From Felis catus (lineage: Eukaryota): a stretch of DNA of 64,000 nt. Numbering within the stretch: position 1 is the first letter of the stretch; every line of letters starts with the position of its first letter. This document shows, in pieces, positions 63,329 through 64,000 of the stretch. The notes under the pieces were generated by a model. The model searched no databases, had not been told where the DNA came from, and saw only the letters and a list, made by a program, of their open reading frames with translations. A program made the translations under genes and the position numbers. Where the stretch lies: contig NC_058382.1 in the NCBI RefSeq assembly GCF_018350175.1, positions 61,134,001 to 61,198,000 on the forward strand, written 5' to 3'.

Positions 63329-63560
63329 TGGGGCACGTGGGTGGCTCGGTCAGTTAAGCATCAGACTTCGGCTCAGGTCATGATCTCATAGTTCATGGGT
63401 TCAAGCCCCGCACCGGGCTCTGTGCTGACAGCTCGAAGCCTGGAGCCTGCTTTGAATTCCGTGTCTCCTCTCTCTCTGCCCCTCCCCCCCCCACTGTCTC
63501 TCAAAATTAATAAACATTAAGTAAATAAATAAAAATATAAACAAACAAACAAACAAAATA
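63329..63560 (+). mobile_element. CAN-SINE with (AAAC)n tail
   Basis: Full element. Confidence 0.93.
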
Positions 63561-64000
63561 GAAGCCTGATGCCTAAGTACAAAAAGACTTTTCGTGTACC
63601 ATTCATGTCTGCCTTATTAAAAGCAGCCACTAACCCACACACATTTAACGTTTACGGGCAAAGATAAAGGCCAAGGCAGGGCAGGCCTTGCAGTCCTAGA
63701 AAAAACGTGCACCAGCGCTATCCCAGACACCAGCACCCACTGAGAGGGCTTGTAACCCCCATCTCTGGCTTGCTGAGTACAGCAGAACTCACTCCCTGGC
63801 CTGAGGCCCTAACGTGCCATGGGCTCACGCCACACTTGCCCACACCCTTTCCTGCAGTCCTTGTTAGCAGCTACGAACCGTTTTATAAGCTAGCTTGTTA
63901 CATTCTTTGCTATTCCAAATCAGCAAAGGAAAGAGAAAGCCCAAGAATAGAAACACAGTAATGGAGAGAAGTCAGCTGTAATAGGGCCAGGGTAAGCAAG

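Larger units (their letters stand above)
1..64000 (-). other. ANKRD11: Intronic part of ANKRD11 (part of intron 1, non-coding exon 2, part of intron 2); no coding exons in the window
   Basis: Exon at 39285-39366 matches recalled human ANKRD11 exon 2. The + strand appears A/C-rich, consistent with minus-strand transcription. Large GC-rich 5' introns fit ANKRD11. The start-codon exon (MPKGG...) was not seen. Confidence 0.85.

Noticed and set aside
714..63560. tRNA-like A/B-box sequences
   Set aside because: They are heads of tRNA-derived SINEs with tails and TSDs, not tRNA genes.
1..64000. ORF-track ORFs of 60-246 aa (e.g. 6041-6721, 13717-14394, 33921-34565, 41095-41820, 60344-61084)
   Set aside because: No recognisable domains, overlapping in all frames, Pro/Gly/Arg-rich as expected for GC-rich introns; many are SINE translations (MAQ..RPTSAQVMIS..).

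Overview
Mammalian genomic DNA from a felid, most likely the cat lineage, judged from about 42 carnivore CAN-SINE/SINEC copies including the young feline subfamily. The window is almost entirely intronic and lies in a gene transcribed on the minus strand. An 82-nt exon at 39366-39285, with canonical splice sites, matches my recollection of the non-coding exon 2 of human ANKRD11. That places 39367-64000 in intron 1 and 1-39284 in intron 2; the identification is from memory and needs a BLAST check. No protein-coding exon is supported, and the ORF track appears to be chance or repeat-derived. Other content: old L1M fragments, a MER20, a ~1.7 kb internally deleted Tigger1-type element, microsatellites and small tandem duplications. 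The best leads are in the 5'UTR: a strong-Kozak upstream ATG at the end of exon 2; a candidate 71-nt cassette exon that would extend that uORF in frame and, back-spliced with exon 2, would give a 153-nt stop-free circle flanked by inverted SINEs; a candidate 38-nt microexon; and three tail-to-tail inverted SINE pairs. I cannot claim a new biological system; these are testable hypotheses. Repeat boundaries were read by eye and are approximate.
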